A stretch of DNA of 32,000 nt. Origin: Patescibacteria group bacterium. GTDB lineage: Bacteria; Patescibacteriota; Patescibacteriia; 2-01-FULL-39-33. A program made the translations under genes and the position numbers. The stretch is from NCBI GenBank assembly GCA_041649575.1, contig JBAZMW010000004.1, positions 1 through 32,000 on the forward strand, given 5' to 3'. The notes under the pieces are model-generated. The model did not search any database, had not been told where the DNA came from, and saw only the letters and a program-made list of their open reading frames with translations. How positions within the stretch are numbered: position 1 is the stretch's first letter; the number at the start of each line of letters is the position of its first letter. Shown here piece by piece: positions 8,414-16,856 of this stretch.

Positions 8414-8557
8414 GTTTGAGAGTCCTTGTCACGATATTCCGAGTTTTTTGACAATAGCCGCAAAAAACCAAGAAAACCGTCTTAATAATTATTGGCTATA
8501 GTTTATTACAAAAAAATGAATTTGTCAATCTCCTGTCGGGACATTTAATTTTAAACA

Positions 8558-8606
8558 GTAAAAAAACCCAGTGCGACCAGAGAGTGGGCTATTTCAGGTC
8601 GCACTG
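8558..8606 (-). terminator. intrinsic terminator overlapping the stop codon of the 8589-8915 ORF
   Basis: A 10-bp stem pairs CAGTGCGACC (8569-8578) with GGTCGCACTG (8597-8606). It is followed on the minus strand by a run of seven T. Confidence 0.6.
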
Positions 8607-8915
8607 AAAAAACGGGTCTTCGTCTGTGCTTGCCTTCCTTTCCCTGCCACAATTGGGACAGTGCGAGGACAGGGGTTCGCAAGGGTCACACCAGCCGCAA
8701 GGGCAGTAGCCCTTTAGAGGCTTACCAACGGGCAAGTTGGCGTCGCTCTCCAGATTGGTGGGCACGGCATAGAGATCTTCTTCCCGATCGGGGCGGAAAA
8801 TGATCTGACGGCAATACCTGGCTACTGCCGCTTCAGCGCTTTCGGCCACCACGGGATTGGCCCTGACGATCGTGCCGTCTAGACACCGACAGATGATAAA
8901 GGACTGCAGTCTCAT
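8589..8915 (-). CDS. hypothetical Cys-rich (zinc-ribbon-like) protein
   Basis: 108-aa ORF with AGGAGG 7 nt upstream and a C-terminal CPCGWCDPCEPLSSHCPNCG cluster. Spot G+C count is 37/60 at 8641-8700, versus 24/60 in rpsO at 8281-8340. Confidence 0.6.
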   Translation of the reverse strand: MRLQSFIICRCLDGTIVRANPVVAESAEAAVARYCRQIIFRPDREEDLYAVPTNLESDANLPVGKPLKGYCPCGWCDPCEPLSSHCPNCGRERKASTDEDPFFQCDLK

Positions 8916-8944
8916 TCGGATTCCTCCTCTTGCTATCTGAAATG

Positions 8945-9448
8945 TTACTTGTATTTTTCGTACTTGATCTTGGTCTTATCAAATTGTTCCTCGCTATGAG
9001 CTTCCGGGCTACTGGCCGGAACGCCCAGAGGCATTAGACACAAAACTCTATGTTTGACGGGAATGTTTAAAAGTTCTTTGATTTCTTTTTCGGCAGTGTC
9101 GTTACCGCGGATTTGAATCCAGCAGCTACCCAGGCCTTGCTCGGCCGCCTCCAGCCAGATGTGTTGGGCGACAATAGAGCAGTCCTCAACCCATTCCGGG
9201 CTTTCTTCGGCGTGACCGACAATCACAATCACGACAGCGGCCTCTTTGGCGTGTGCCGACCAAGGGGTAGTCTTGGACAGCTTATCCTTGGTTTCGGAAT
9301 TAGTTACCACCACCAGCTCCCAAGGATAATGAGCGTTAGCCGAGGGGGCATACATGGCGGCGGTGAGGATCTCTTTAAGTTTTTCTTCGGGTACGCTTTC
9401 GGCCAAGTATTCCCTGACAGACCTTCTATTCTTTATGGCTTCTATCAT
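8945..9448 (-). CDS. nitroreductase family protein
   Basis: 167-aa ORF. The N-terminal RRSVREY motif and the overall pattern are typical of NADH/flavin nitroreductases. Confidence 0.85.
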   Translation of the reverse strand: MIEAIKNRRSVREYLAESVPEEKLKEILTAAMYAPSANAHYPWELVVVTNSETKDKLSKTTPWSAHAKEAAVVIVIVGHAEESPEWVEDCSIVAQHIWLEAAEQGLGSCWIQIRGNDTAEKEIKELLNIPVKHRVLCLMPLGVPASSPEAHSEEQFDKTKIKYEKYK

Positions 9449-9525
9449 GCTTTTTACTGATTAGTATTAAAATGATGTTAAAAACGATCAAAATAATTAT
9501 ATGACAGTTTTTAATAAAAAATCAA

Positions 9526-9554
9526 TTGACCTTTTGTGTTAAAAATGTTATATT
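9526..9554 (+). promoter_or_regulatory. promoter of the tRNA operon (TTGACC-N17-TATATT)
   Basis: TTGACC at 9526-9531, a 17-nt spacer, and TATATT at 9549-9554. Confidence 0.5.
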
Positions 9555-9586
9555 GAATTATACTTTTATGATTAAAATCGATTTTT

Positions 9587-9724
9587 GTCCCCGTAGTTCA
9601 ACGGTTCGAGGCTGAAAGCCGAGAAGGATTAGAAGCGACCCGCTCAGAAGCGAAGCGCTTTGAGCGGGGAGCGATCGGAAATATGCCACTGACATATTTC
9701 CGCTAATCCCGGACAGAACACCAG
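9587..9724 (+). other. truncated tRNA-Arg 5' fragment whose D-loop carries a 110-nt structured insert
   Basis: 9582-9604 is identical to 9746-9768 (TTTTTGTCCCCGTAGTTCAACGG). 9715-9724 is identical to 9771-9780 (AGAACACCAG). The intervening 9605-9714 folds into P1 GGATTAG/CTAATCC, hairpin A CCCGCTCA/TGAGCGGG and hairpin B CGGAAATATG/CATATTTCCG. No T-arm or 3' acceptor strand follows. Confidence 0.7.
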
Positions 9725-9750
9725 TCATGTTCTAAAATAGATTATTTTTT

Positions 9751-9822
9751 GTCCCCGTAGTTCAACGGATAGAACACCAGCCTTCTAAGCTGGATATCGT
9801 GGTTCGATTCCACGCGGGGATA
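9751..9822 (+). tRNA. tRNA-Arg (anticodon TCT)
   Basis: Manual cloverleaf: acceptor GTCCCCG/CGGGGAT, D-arm GTTC..GAAC, anticodon arm CCAGC-CTTCTAA-GCTGG, T-arm CGTGG-TTCGATT-CCACG. CCA is not encoded. Confidence 0.9.
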
Positions 9823-9830
9823 CTGGCCGG

Positions 9831-9902
9831 GTCCTCGTAGTTCAACGGATAGAATGCAGGTTTCCGGAACCTGAGATGCAGGTTCGATTCCTGCCGAGGG
9901 CA
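9831..9902 (+). tRNA. tRNA-Arg (anticodon CCG)
   Basis: Manual cloverleaf: anticodon arm CAGGT-TTCCGGA-ACCTG, T-arm GCAGG-TTCGATT-CCTGC, acceptor GTCCTCG/CGAGGGC. CCA is not encoded. Confidence 0.9.
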
Positions 9903-9916
9903 TAGGAATAATTTAT

Positions 9917-9989
9917 GGTGGCTATGGTGTAGTGGTTAACACAGCGGTTTGTGGTACCGTTAACTCGAGTTCAATTCTCGATAGCCACC
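9917..9989 (+). tRNA. tRNA-His (anticodon GTG) with genomically encoded G-1
   Basis: An extra 5' G lies opposite discriminator C. Acceptor GTGGCTA/TAGCCAC, anticodon arm GCGGT-TTGTGGT-ACCGT, T-arm CGAG-TTCAATT-CTCG. Confidence 0.9.
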
Positions 9990-9997
9990 CCCATAAA

Positions 9998-10025
9998 AAC
10001 ACCCCCTAATCGGGAGGTGTTTTTA
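9998..10025 (+). terminator. intrinsic terminator of the tRNA operon
   Basis: AACACC...GGTGTT hairpin followed by TTTT. Confidence 0.7.
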
Positions 10026-10074
10026 CTATTTATTTAAAAATTATTAGTTGCTATACTAAGGTAAACCAATTTTT

Positions 10075-11524
10075 ATGGATAATTTCCCCGAAATTGTCAC
10101 CTTCCGCATCACCTCGCGTTGCAGTCAAAACTGCTCTTTTTGCTATGGCCCCAAAAATATTCCCGAGTTAGATTTCTCCGAGGCGCGAAGCATCTTCGCG
10201 CTGCTGGCAAGCAAGGGAGCCAAGGCCATCACTATTACGGGTGGGGAGCCGCTAATCAGAAACGACATTGAAAAAATATTTTCTGAAATAAAAAGCCTCG
10301 GGCTGAAAATTTTTTTTGGACTCCAACGCCGACCTATTTTTCAAACATAACGACGCTATCGACAAATATGTCGATATGCTGGGATTGCCCCTGGACAAGG
10401 TTGATAATAAAAACCAAACGGGCCATAGCAATCCTGAACATATCATAAAAGTCCTCAATTATTATAAAAATCTGCCCCAAGAACGGAAAAGGCCAAAATT
10501 AAAAATTGGGACTGTTGTAACCCGACAAAATATTGACCGGCTCGAAAGTATAGCTTTATTGATAAAAAATTTCGTTATTGACTATTGGAAAATATACCAG
10601 TTTATTCCCAGCGGCGCAGTCGCCAAGGCCAACCAAGCATACCTCCAGATTAACGAGGAGGAATTTTTGAAAGCAGCCGGAGAGATCCTCCGTTCTTACG
10701 GCCGAGATTTAAAGATTATAATTTCTCCAAGGCGCCAAAGAACCAACGCCTACTTTTTGATTAACCCAAGCGGCGATGTCATTATGCCGCAAGACAGGGC
10801 CGGCGCATGTGATGAACTGAATGTTGGAAATATTTTTGACCAAGACATCACCACGAGATGGCAAAGTTGTGTGAATGAAGATAAATATTTGAACAATGCA
10901 ACCGACACTTTTAGTTATCGATGGAACAGCTACCCGATGCCGGAGATCTATAATAAGATATGGCGACTCTCCAGAAAATACAACCAAAAAGGACAACCAT
11001 ACACCGAAAAGCATATCGAATGGCTTATTGGCAAAAGCTTGAGTTTGACAAGGGAAGAAAAAATGGACGAAAAAATTTTCATCCCTTTCGTTTTGCTGCA
11101 TGATGTCGGTTATAGCGCTACCGGCCGAAACAACCCCTTCAATAGACAATCGCGTAAGCATCACATGATGGCCGGCAAACAATTGGCCAAAAAAATTCTA
11201 AGGCAGGTCGATTATCCAGCCGACCTAAGTTCAAAAATTTGCAATTACATCGGAATCCACGATAATTGGGCTTTTGGCGACCACCAGCTTTACCGTCGCA
11301 ACAAACATTTGGGGCTCTTCAATGATTTAGATTTTATTTCTATGTATTCGGATGCCTGTTTCGGCTCCATGATGAAATTTTTAAACAGCGACTCCGGCCA
11401 GCTGCTGGAATATTTGAAAAATAACGAGAAGACGGTTAATCGGCCATTCGTTTGCCAAGCGAGCCGTCGAGTGCTCGAAGAAAGCATTAAAAAAATTAAG
11501 ATTGAATACGCACCTGGCCTTTAA
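10075..11524 (+). CDS. viperin-like radical SAM enzyme fused to a C-terminal HD-domain phosphohydrolase, interrupted by a 1-nt frameshift in a T8 tract
   Basis: ORF 10075-10350 carries the CxxxCxxC cluster (RCSQNCSFCY) and GGEPLI. ORF 10316-11524, in the +1 frame, continues the radical SAM barrel (LDSNADLF, KIGTVVTRQN, YWKIYQFIP, INEEEFL, AYFLINPSGDV). It ends in an HD domain (H...LLHDVGY...HH...IHDNW...D). Removing one T from 10310-10317 gives a single 482-aa reading frame (1449 nt). Confidence 0.75.
10310..10317 (+). repeat. T8 homopolymer at the frameshift point of the radical SAM-HD gene
   Basis: Frame 0 reads GLKIFFGLQRR and then a stop. The +1 frame reads (F)LDSNADLFFKHN. The +1 frame is closed upstream by TGA at 10304-10306, so the shift must occur within 10307-10350. 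Confidence 0.8.
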
Positions 11525-11559
11525 TTGAACTTTAATCTAAAACCTGTTAAAATGAAAAA

Positions 11560-12126
11560 ATGTTAGAGACGACTGACGAACAGCTGATTGCCTTATACTT
11601 AAGAGGCCACCAAGAAGCCTTGGAAATCCTAATCAAGCGCTATCTTAACCTTGTTTATGGTGCTGTTTATAGACTGGTCAGTAGTCAAGTGGAGGCGGAG
11701 GATATTACCCAAGAGACATTTATACGAGCCTGGAAAAACTTAAAAAAATTTGACCAACAAAAAAATTTTAGAGTCTGGCTGATGGCTATCGCTAAAAATG
11801 CCGCTTTGGATTATTTAAAGAAGAAAAGAGCCATAAACTTCACCGAATTGGAAAATGTTTTTGACAAAGATAATTTGCTAGGAAACATTGCCGATCCGAC
11901 GCCACTAGCCAGCCAGCTGGCCGAAAATCAAGACACCGCCGATTGGTTGGCCGCAAACTTGGCCCAGCTTACCGCAGAAAATAGTCTGATTTTATCTTGG
12001 CATCACCAAGACGGCTTGACCTTTAAAGAAATATCCCAAAAAATCAATGCGCCTTTAAATACCGTCAAATCCCGTTATCGACGCGCCCTGCTGAAATTAA
12101 AAAAAATTCTAGGCGAACCTCTCTAA
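11560..12126 (+). CDS. ECF-type sigma-70 family RNA polymerase sigma factor
   Basis: 188-aa ORF. Region 2 (DITQETFIRAWKNLKKF) and a region 4 HTH (LTFKEISQKINAPLNTVKSRYRRAL) are recognisable. Confidence 0.85.
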   Translation: MLETTDEQLIALYLRGHQEALEILIKRYLNLVYGAVYRLVSSQVEAEDITQETFIRAWKNLKKFDQQKNFRVWLMAIAKNAALDYLKKKRAINFTELENVFDKDNLLGNIADPTPLASQLAENQDTADWLAANLAQLTAENSLILSWHHQDGLTFKEISQKINAPLNTVKSRYRRALLKLKKILGEPL

Positions 12127-12204
12127 ATTTAAACAAAATTGAAAATATTCTTTTAGCGGATGCACCAAAAAGCATCCGTTATTCGTATTTATTAATAAGC
12201 AACT

Positions 12205-12618
12205 ATGAAAGAAAAACTACCCCAAAAAGAAAATTCACCAGAACCGCTGCTGCCGAGCGAAAAACTTTTTGACAGCATCATGCTCGGTATTGGCCGAGAA
12301 CAAAAACGACAGCTTAGGCGCCGAATATTTTTTTATTCTCTGTGTTTTGTCTGTTCGCTTGTAGCGCTACTACCGGCCTTTCGAGCGGTAAGGGCTGAAA
12401 TTATAAATTCCGGATTAATAGAATTCTTAGCTCTGGCCATTTCCGATTCAAAAATAGTTTTGACCTATTGGAATAATTTTATTTTTGTTGTCCTGGAGGC
12501 TTTGCCGGTGATCAGTCTTGTTGTTTTCTTGGCTGTAATTTTTGTCTTTTTAGAATCTCTCAAGCTACTGGCCAGAGATTTAAAGACATTGCTCTCCCCC
12601 GCTTCAATAACTAATTAA
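12205..12618 (+). CDS. putative anti-sigma factor-like membrane protein
   Basis: 137-aa ORF immediately downstream of the ECF sigma gene, with predicted TM helices. The call rests on position only. Confidence 0.45.
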   Translation: MKEKLPQKENSPEPLLPSEKLFDSIMLGIGREQKRQLRRRIFFYSLCFVCSLVALLPAFRAVRAEIINSGLIEFLALAISDSKIVLTYWNNFIFVVLEALPVISLVVFLAVIFVFLESLKLLARDLKTLLSPASITN

Positions 12619-12622
12619 AAAT

Positions 12623-13120
12623 ATGGATTTCAATAAACTAGTCCAATCAAAAACATTCAGAGGTTTTCTGTACGGCATCGCCGCTTTTATCATTATTCTG
12701 ATCGTCTTTAGGCTGGGTGTGGTTGTCGGTTTTAGAGAGGCCAGCTTTTCTTACCGTTGGGGAGACAATTATCATCGGAATTTTGCCGGACCACAGCAGG
12801 GATTCTTAAACGACTTTAGCGGCCAAAACTTCATTAACGCCCACGGAATAATAGGGCAGATCATCAAAATCGACGACTTGAGCCTTGTAATAAAGGGCCA
12901 GGATAATATAGAAAAAATAGTTTCGCTTAAGGATAATACGCCAATCCAACGTTTCCGAGAGACTATTAAATATGGCGATCTTAAAACCGGTGATTATATC
13001 GTAGTTATCGGAGAACCCAACAAGACCGGCCAGATAGAAGCAAACTTTATTAGAATTTTGCCGCCGCCTAATGCTAACGATTTGAACTTCTTGCCGCCGC
13101 CCCACGCTCCCAAAACCTAA
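12623..13120 (+). CDS. membrane-anchored small beta-domain protein (paralogue of 16857-17330)
   Basis: 165-aa ORF with an N-terminal TM helix. The C-terminal pattern G.II...D.SL.IK...K.V......DL..G..V.V.G..N..G...A..I.I.P..PP is shared with the 16857-17330 product. Confidence 0.6.
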   Translation: MDFNKLVQSKTFRGFLYGIAAFIIILIVFRLGVVVGFREASFSYRWGDNYHRNFAGPQQGFLNDFSGQNFINAHGIIGQIIKIDDLSLVIKGQDNIEKIVSLKDNTPIQRFRETIKYGDLKTGDYIVVIGEPNKTGQIEANFIRILPPPNANDLNFLPPPHAPKT

Positions 13121-13136
13121 ATAATCAAATTATATT

Positions 13137-14903
13137 ATGTCAAAAGTGTTAAAGAAATTTTTTGGGCCTATCGTCAAACATAAGCTGCTCTCTCTTATTG
13201 CCTTGGTAATAATTGTTATCGCCGGTTATTTTGGTTATCAGGCGTTAAAGGGCAAAGACGCTCAAACCAGCTATGTTTCGGCGGCGGCAGAAAAGGGTTC
13301 GATTATCGCTTCTGTTTCGGGCAGCGGCCAAGTTTCTGCCTCTAATCAGGTAGACATAAAAACCAGGGCCTCCGGAGAAGTTTATGCAGTCAATGCAAAA
13401 GAAGGGCAGGAAGTTAAGGCCAACACCACTTTAGTACAACTTGATGCTCGAGAAGCACAAAAATCGATAAGAGACGCTCAGGCCAATCTGGAGTCGGCTC
13501 AAATCGCTTTGGAAAAAATAAAACAGCCGACCGATGAACTTTCTATATTGCAAGCCGAAAATTCTCTAGCCCAAGCCAAAGAAACCAAACAAAATTCCGA
13601 GGACGCTCTGAAAAAAGCCTATGACGATGGTTTTAATACGGTGGCCAATTCTTTTTTGGGGCTGCCAACAATCATGACTGGTCTAAATGATATAATTTAC
13701 GGTCATACCTTTGAAAAGAATCAACAAAATGTTGACTGGTATGTTAATCAAATAAACACCGACGACAAAAGAAACCAGGCCATTGATTATCGTGACAAAA
13801 TTAATAGCTCTTATAGCGAAGCTAACGACAGTTATGATAAAAATCTTGAGGCTTACAAAGCGGCCTCCAGAACCTCTGACAATCAAACCATAGAATCAAT
13901 TATTTCGGAGACCTACGAAACAGTGAAAATCATCGCTGATACAGTAAAAAATGGCCATAATCTTATCGACTTCGTCCGGAATGATTTGACTGAAAAAAAT
14001 ATGAGCGTTTCCGCCACCATCATCGCACATCAAGCCAGCCTGGACTCCTACACGGGCAACACCAATACCTATCTGCTTAATCTTCTTTCTGTCAAAAACA
14101 CCATCCAAACCAACAAACAAAACATAATCAATGCCGACAGATCGATTGCCGAAAAGACCGAGTCGCTGGCCAATTTAGAAGCGGGCGTTGATGCACTGGA
14201 CTTGCACTCCCAGGAATTGAATCTGCAACAAAAAATTAACGCTCTGTCTGATGCTAGAGAAAAATTATCAGATTATTATGTCAGGGCTCCTTTTGACGGC
14301 GTGGTCGCCAGCGTCAACATAAACAAAGGCGACTCGGTTTCCTCTGGCGCTTCGGCGGTAACCATGATTACCAAACAACAAATCGCCAAAATCTCGCTTA
14401 ATGAAGTTGACGTCGCCAAGGTAAAAGTCGGCCAGAAGACAACCTTGACTTTTGACGCGGTCGGCGACCTGACTATTGCCGGCTCGGTGATAAATGTAGA
14501 TCTTATCGGCACGGTGAGTCAGGGGGTTACTAGCTATAACGTTGAAATCGGTTTTGACACCCAAGACGAAAGAATTAAGCCGGGCATGACCGTTCTCGCC
14601 AATATCATCACCGAATCAAAAACCGACGTCTTGTTGATTCCCAGCTCGGCGATTAAAACCCAGGGTGATTCGAGCTACGTCGAAATTTTGGAAAATGGCC
14701 AACCGCTAAAAAAAGAGGTGTCAACGGGATTGGTCGGTGATACTATGACGGAAATTTTAAGCGGCCTGAATGAGAATGATCAAATCATTACCAAAACCAT
14801 CACCTCCAGCCAAAACAATGCCGAAAATTCTAATTCCTCAAGCCGAGCTGCTGGCGGCAATCAACAAAACCAGGATGGCATGCCGCCAATAATGGGTTTT
14901 TAA
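13137..14903 (+). CDS. HlyD/MacA-type periplasmic adaptor (membrane fusion) protein with a long coiled-coil insert
   Basis: 588-aa ORF with an N-terminal TM helix, a lipoyl-like/beta-barrel signature (YVRAPFDGVVASVNINKGDSV) and an extended alpha-hairpin region. It is followed by MacB-type ABC genes. Confidence 0.8.
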   Translation: MSKVLKKFFGPIVKHKLLSLIALVIIVIAGYFGYQALKGKDAQTSYVSAAAEKGSIIASVSGSGQVSASNQVDIKTRASGEVYAVNAKEGQEVKANTTLVQLDAREAQKSIRDAQANLESAQIALEKIKQPTDELSILQAENSLAQAKETKQNSEDALKKAYDDGFNTVANSFLGLPTIMTGLNDIIYGHTFEKNQQNVDWYVNQINTDDKRNQAIDYRDKINSSYSEANDSYDKNLEAYKAASRTSDNQTIESIISETYETVKIIADTVKNGHNLIDFVRNDLTEKNMSVSATIIAHQASLDSYTGNTNTYLLNLLSVKNTIQTNKQNIINADRSIAEKTESLANLEAGVDALDLHSQELNLQQKINALSDAREKLSDYYVRAPFDGVVASVNINKGDSVSSGASAVTMITKQQIAKISLNEVDVAKVKVGQKTTLTFDAVGDLTIAGSVINVDLIGTVSQGVTSYNVEIGFDTQDERIKPGMTVLANIITESKTDVLLIPSSAIKTQGDSSYVEILENGQPLKKEVSTGLVGDTMTEILSGLNENDQIITKTITSSQNNAENSNSSSRAAGGNQQNQDGMPPIMGF

Positions 14904-14909
14904 CTTTTT

Positions 14910-15596
14910 ATGCTTAGATGCGAAAACATTAGCAAAACTTACCTGATGGGTGAAGATAATAATCTCACGGTTTTGAAAAAAGTTAATTTTCAAATCGAGA
15001 AAGGAGAGTTTGTCGCCGTCATCGGGCCGTCTGGCTCGGGCAAATCGACTCTGATGAATATTATAGGAGCCCTGGATCGCCCTTCGACCGGTAAATACTT
15101 TTTGGATGAGGAGGATGTTTTCAGCCTGCCCGATGACAAACTGGCGGAAATCCGTTGCAAAAAAATCGGTTTTGTCTTTCAATCCTTCAACCTTTTGGCA
15201 CGTTCTACTGTTTTAAAAAACGTTATGGTCCCCTTGGTTTATGCCAGAGTGCCAAAAATCAAACGCTGGGAAATGGCAAAAAAAGCGCTTCAGGCCGTTA
15301 ACTTGGAAGAAGAAAGGTGGCAGCATCTTTCTAATCAGCTCTCTGGCGGGCAGATGCAAAGAGTCGCCATCGCTCGTGCTTTAATCAATGATCCAGAATT
15401 AATTTTGGCCGACGAACCAACCGGCAACCTGGACTCTAAAACCGGCGAGGTGGTACTGAAAACATTCAAACAGCTTAATAAAGAATTCCACCATACTATT
15501 ATCCTGATAACTCACGATCATAATGTCGCTGCCCATGCCGATCGGGTGATGGAAATCAAGGATGGCGAGATAATCAGTGACAAAAAAAATAATTAA
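14910..15596 (+). CDS. ABC transporter ATP-binding protein (MacB/LolD type)
   Basis: Walker [10 protein letters not shown], signature LSGGQMQR, Walker [14 protein letters not shown]-loop ITHD. Confidence 0.9.
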   Translation: MLRCENISKTYLMGEDNNLTVLKKVNFQIEKGEFVAVIGPSGSGKSTLMNIIGALDRPSTGKYFLDEEDVFSLPDDKLAEIRCKKIGFVFQSFNLLARSTVLKNVMVPLVYARVPKIKRWEMAKKALQAVNLEEERWQHLSNQLSGGQMQRVAIARALINDPELILADEPTGNLDSKTGEVVLKTFKQLNKEFHHTIILITHDHNVAAHADRVMEIKDGEIISDKKNN

Positions 15597-15604
15597 TTAG
15601 TCTT

Positions 15605-16828
15605 ATGCTCATAACCGACCTGTTCGGGGAAACATTCTTTTCTCTGTTTGCCAATAAGTCGCGATCGGCGTTGACTATCTTGGGAATTATTATCGGCATT
15701 GGCTCGGTGATCGCCATGGTTTCCGTAGGCCAGGGCGCGACTCAAAATATCACTTCAAGAATCGAGTCGCTAGGAACGAATTTATTGGTGGTAATGCCCA
15801 GCTCCCAACGCCGAGCTGGTAATTTAGTCAAGGGCGGCATGGGCGAAGCCACCACCCTGACCACCGACGACGCCCAAGCCATTAAAAATTCCATCGAGGG
15901 CATCAAGGCGATCGCCCCGACGGTGAGCTCGCGCAAACAAGTAACGGCCAAGGGTACCAATACCAATACCAGTATTTATGGCGTCGATGAAAATTATTTT
16001 TCTATCAAAATGATTACCGTCGATTTGGGCTCGCTTTTCAGTGCCAGCCAAATCAATTCCAGCTCTCGTGTGGCCGTCATTGGCCCAACCACCAGAGACG
16101 ATCTGTTCGGAGAGAATACTGACCCGCTCGGCCAAAAAATCCGCATTAACAGCCAAGAATTCACGGTTATCGGAGTCACGGCTTCAAAGGGCGGCAATAG
16201 CGTGGGCAGTTCTGACGATTTAATTTACATTCCTCTAAACATCGCCCAACAATATTTTACCGGCAGTAAATCTTTAAGCAATATTAATGTGGAAGTTGCC
16301 GCCGCCAATCAAATGGATGCGGTGGAGCAAGAAGTCAGCGATTTGCTTTTGGCCAGACATAAAATCACCAACACTGATAACGCCGACTTCCGGATCATGA
16401 ACCAAGCCGACATGCTAAGCGCCATGTCTTCTGTCTCCTCAACTCTGACCTATCTCCTGGGAGCGATCGCCGGTATCTCGCTGATTGTCGGCGGTATCGG
16501 TATTATGAACATGATGCTAACGACTGTTACCGAAAGAACTCGAGAAATCGGCCTAAGAAAATCCTTGGGAGCAAAAAATTCCGATATCAGCAGTCAATTC
16601 TTGGCCGAGTCGGTCGCTTTAACCTTTATCGGCGGCACTATCGGAATTATTGCCGGCTGGGTGGCTTCTTATATTATTAGCGCCTTGGCCAGCATGACAA
16701 CCGTTGTCACTCTTAACTCCATTTTGCTCTCTTTTGGTATTTCGGCTTTAATCGGCATCGTTTTTGGTTACTGGCCGGCACAACGCGCCGCCAAACTTAA
16801 TCCTATTGATGCCCTGCGTTATCAATAA
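15605..16828 (+). CDS. ABC transporter permease, FtsX/MacB family
   Basis: 407-aa ORF with an N-terminal TM helix, a large extracytoplasmic MacB_PCD-like domain and a C-terminal FtsX 3-TM module (ERTREIGLRKSLGA). Confidence 0.9.
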   Translation: MLITDLFGETFFSLFANKSRSALTILGIIIGIGSVIAMVSVGQGATQNITSRIESLGTNLLVVMPSSQRRAGNLVKGGMGEATTLTTDDAQAIKNSIEGIKAIAPTVSSRKQVTAKGTNTNTSIYGVDENYFSIKMITVDLGSLFSASQINSSSRVAVIGPTTRDDLFGENTDPLGQKIRINSQEFTVIGVTASKGGNSVGSSDDLIYIPLNIAQQYFTGSKSLSNINVEVAAANQMDAVEQEVSDLLLARHKITNTDNADFRIMNQADMLSAMSSVSSTLTYLLGAIAGISLIVGGIGIMNMMLTTVTERTREIGLRKSLGAKNSDISSQFLAESVALTFIGGTIGIIAGWVASYIISALASMTTVVTLNSILLSFGISALIGIVFGYWPAQRAAKLNPIDALRYQ

Positions 16829-16856
16829 AAATTTAATAACTAATCATAAAAAAACC

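Noticed and set aside
9587-9670. Reading the first tRNA-Arg-like segment as a complete but unusual tRNA (acceptor GTCCCCG with CGGGGAG at 9664-9670)
   Set aside because: The intervening sequence lacks a T-arm (no TTCGA-type loop) and lacks a canonical 7-nt anticodon loop with U33.
16764-16856. N-terminal extension of the 16764-17330 ORF overlapping the permease gene
   Set aside because: The ATG at 16857 gives a typical Lys-rich N-terminus followed by a TM helix and removes a 65-nt overlap.
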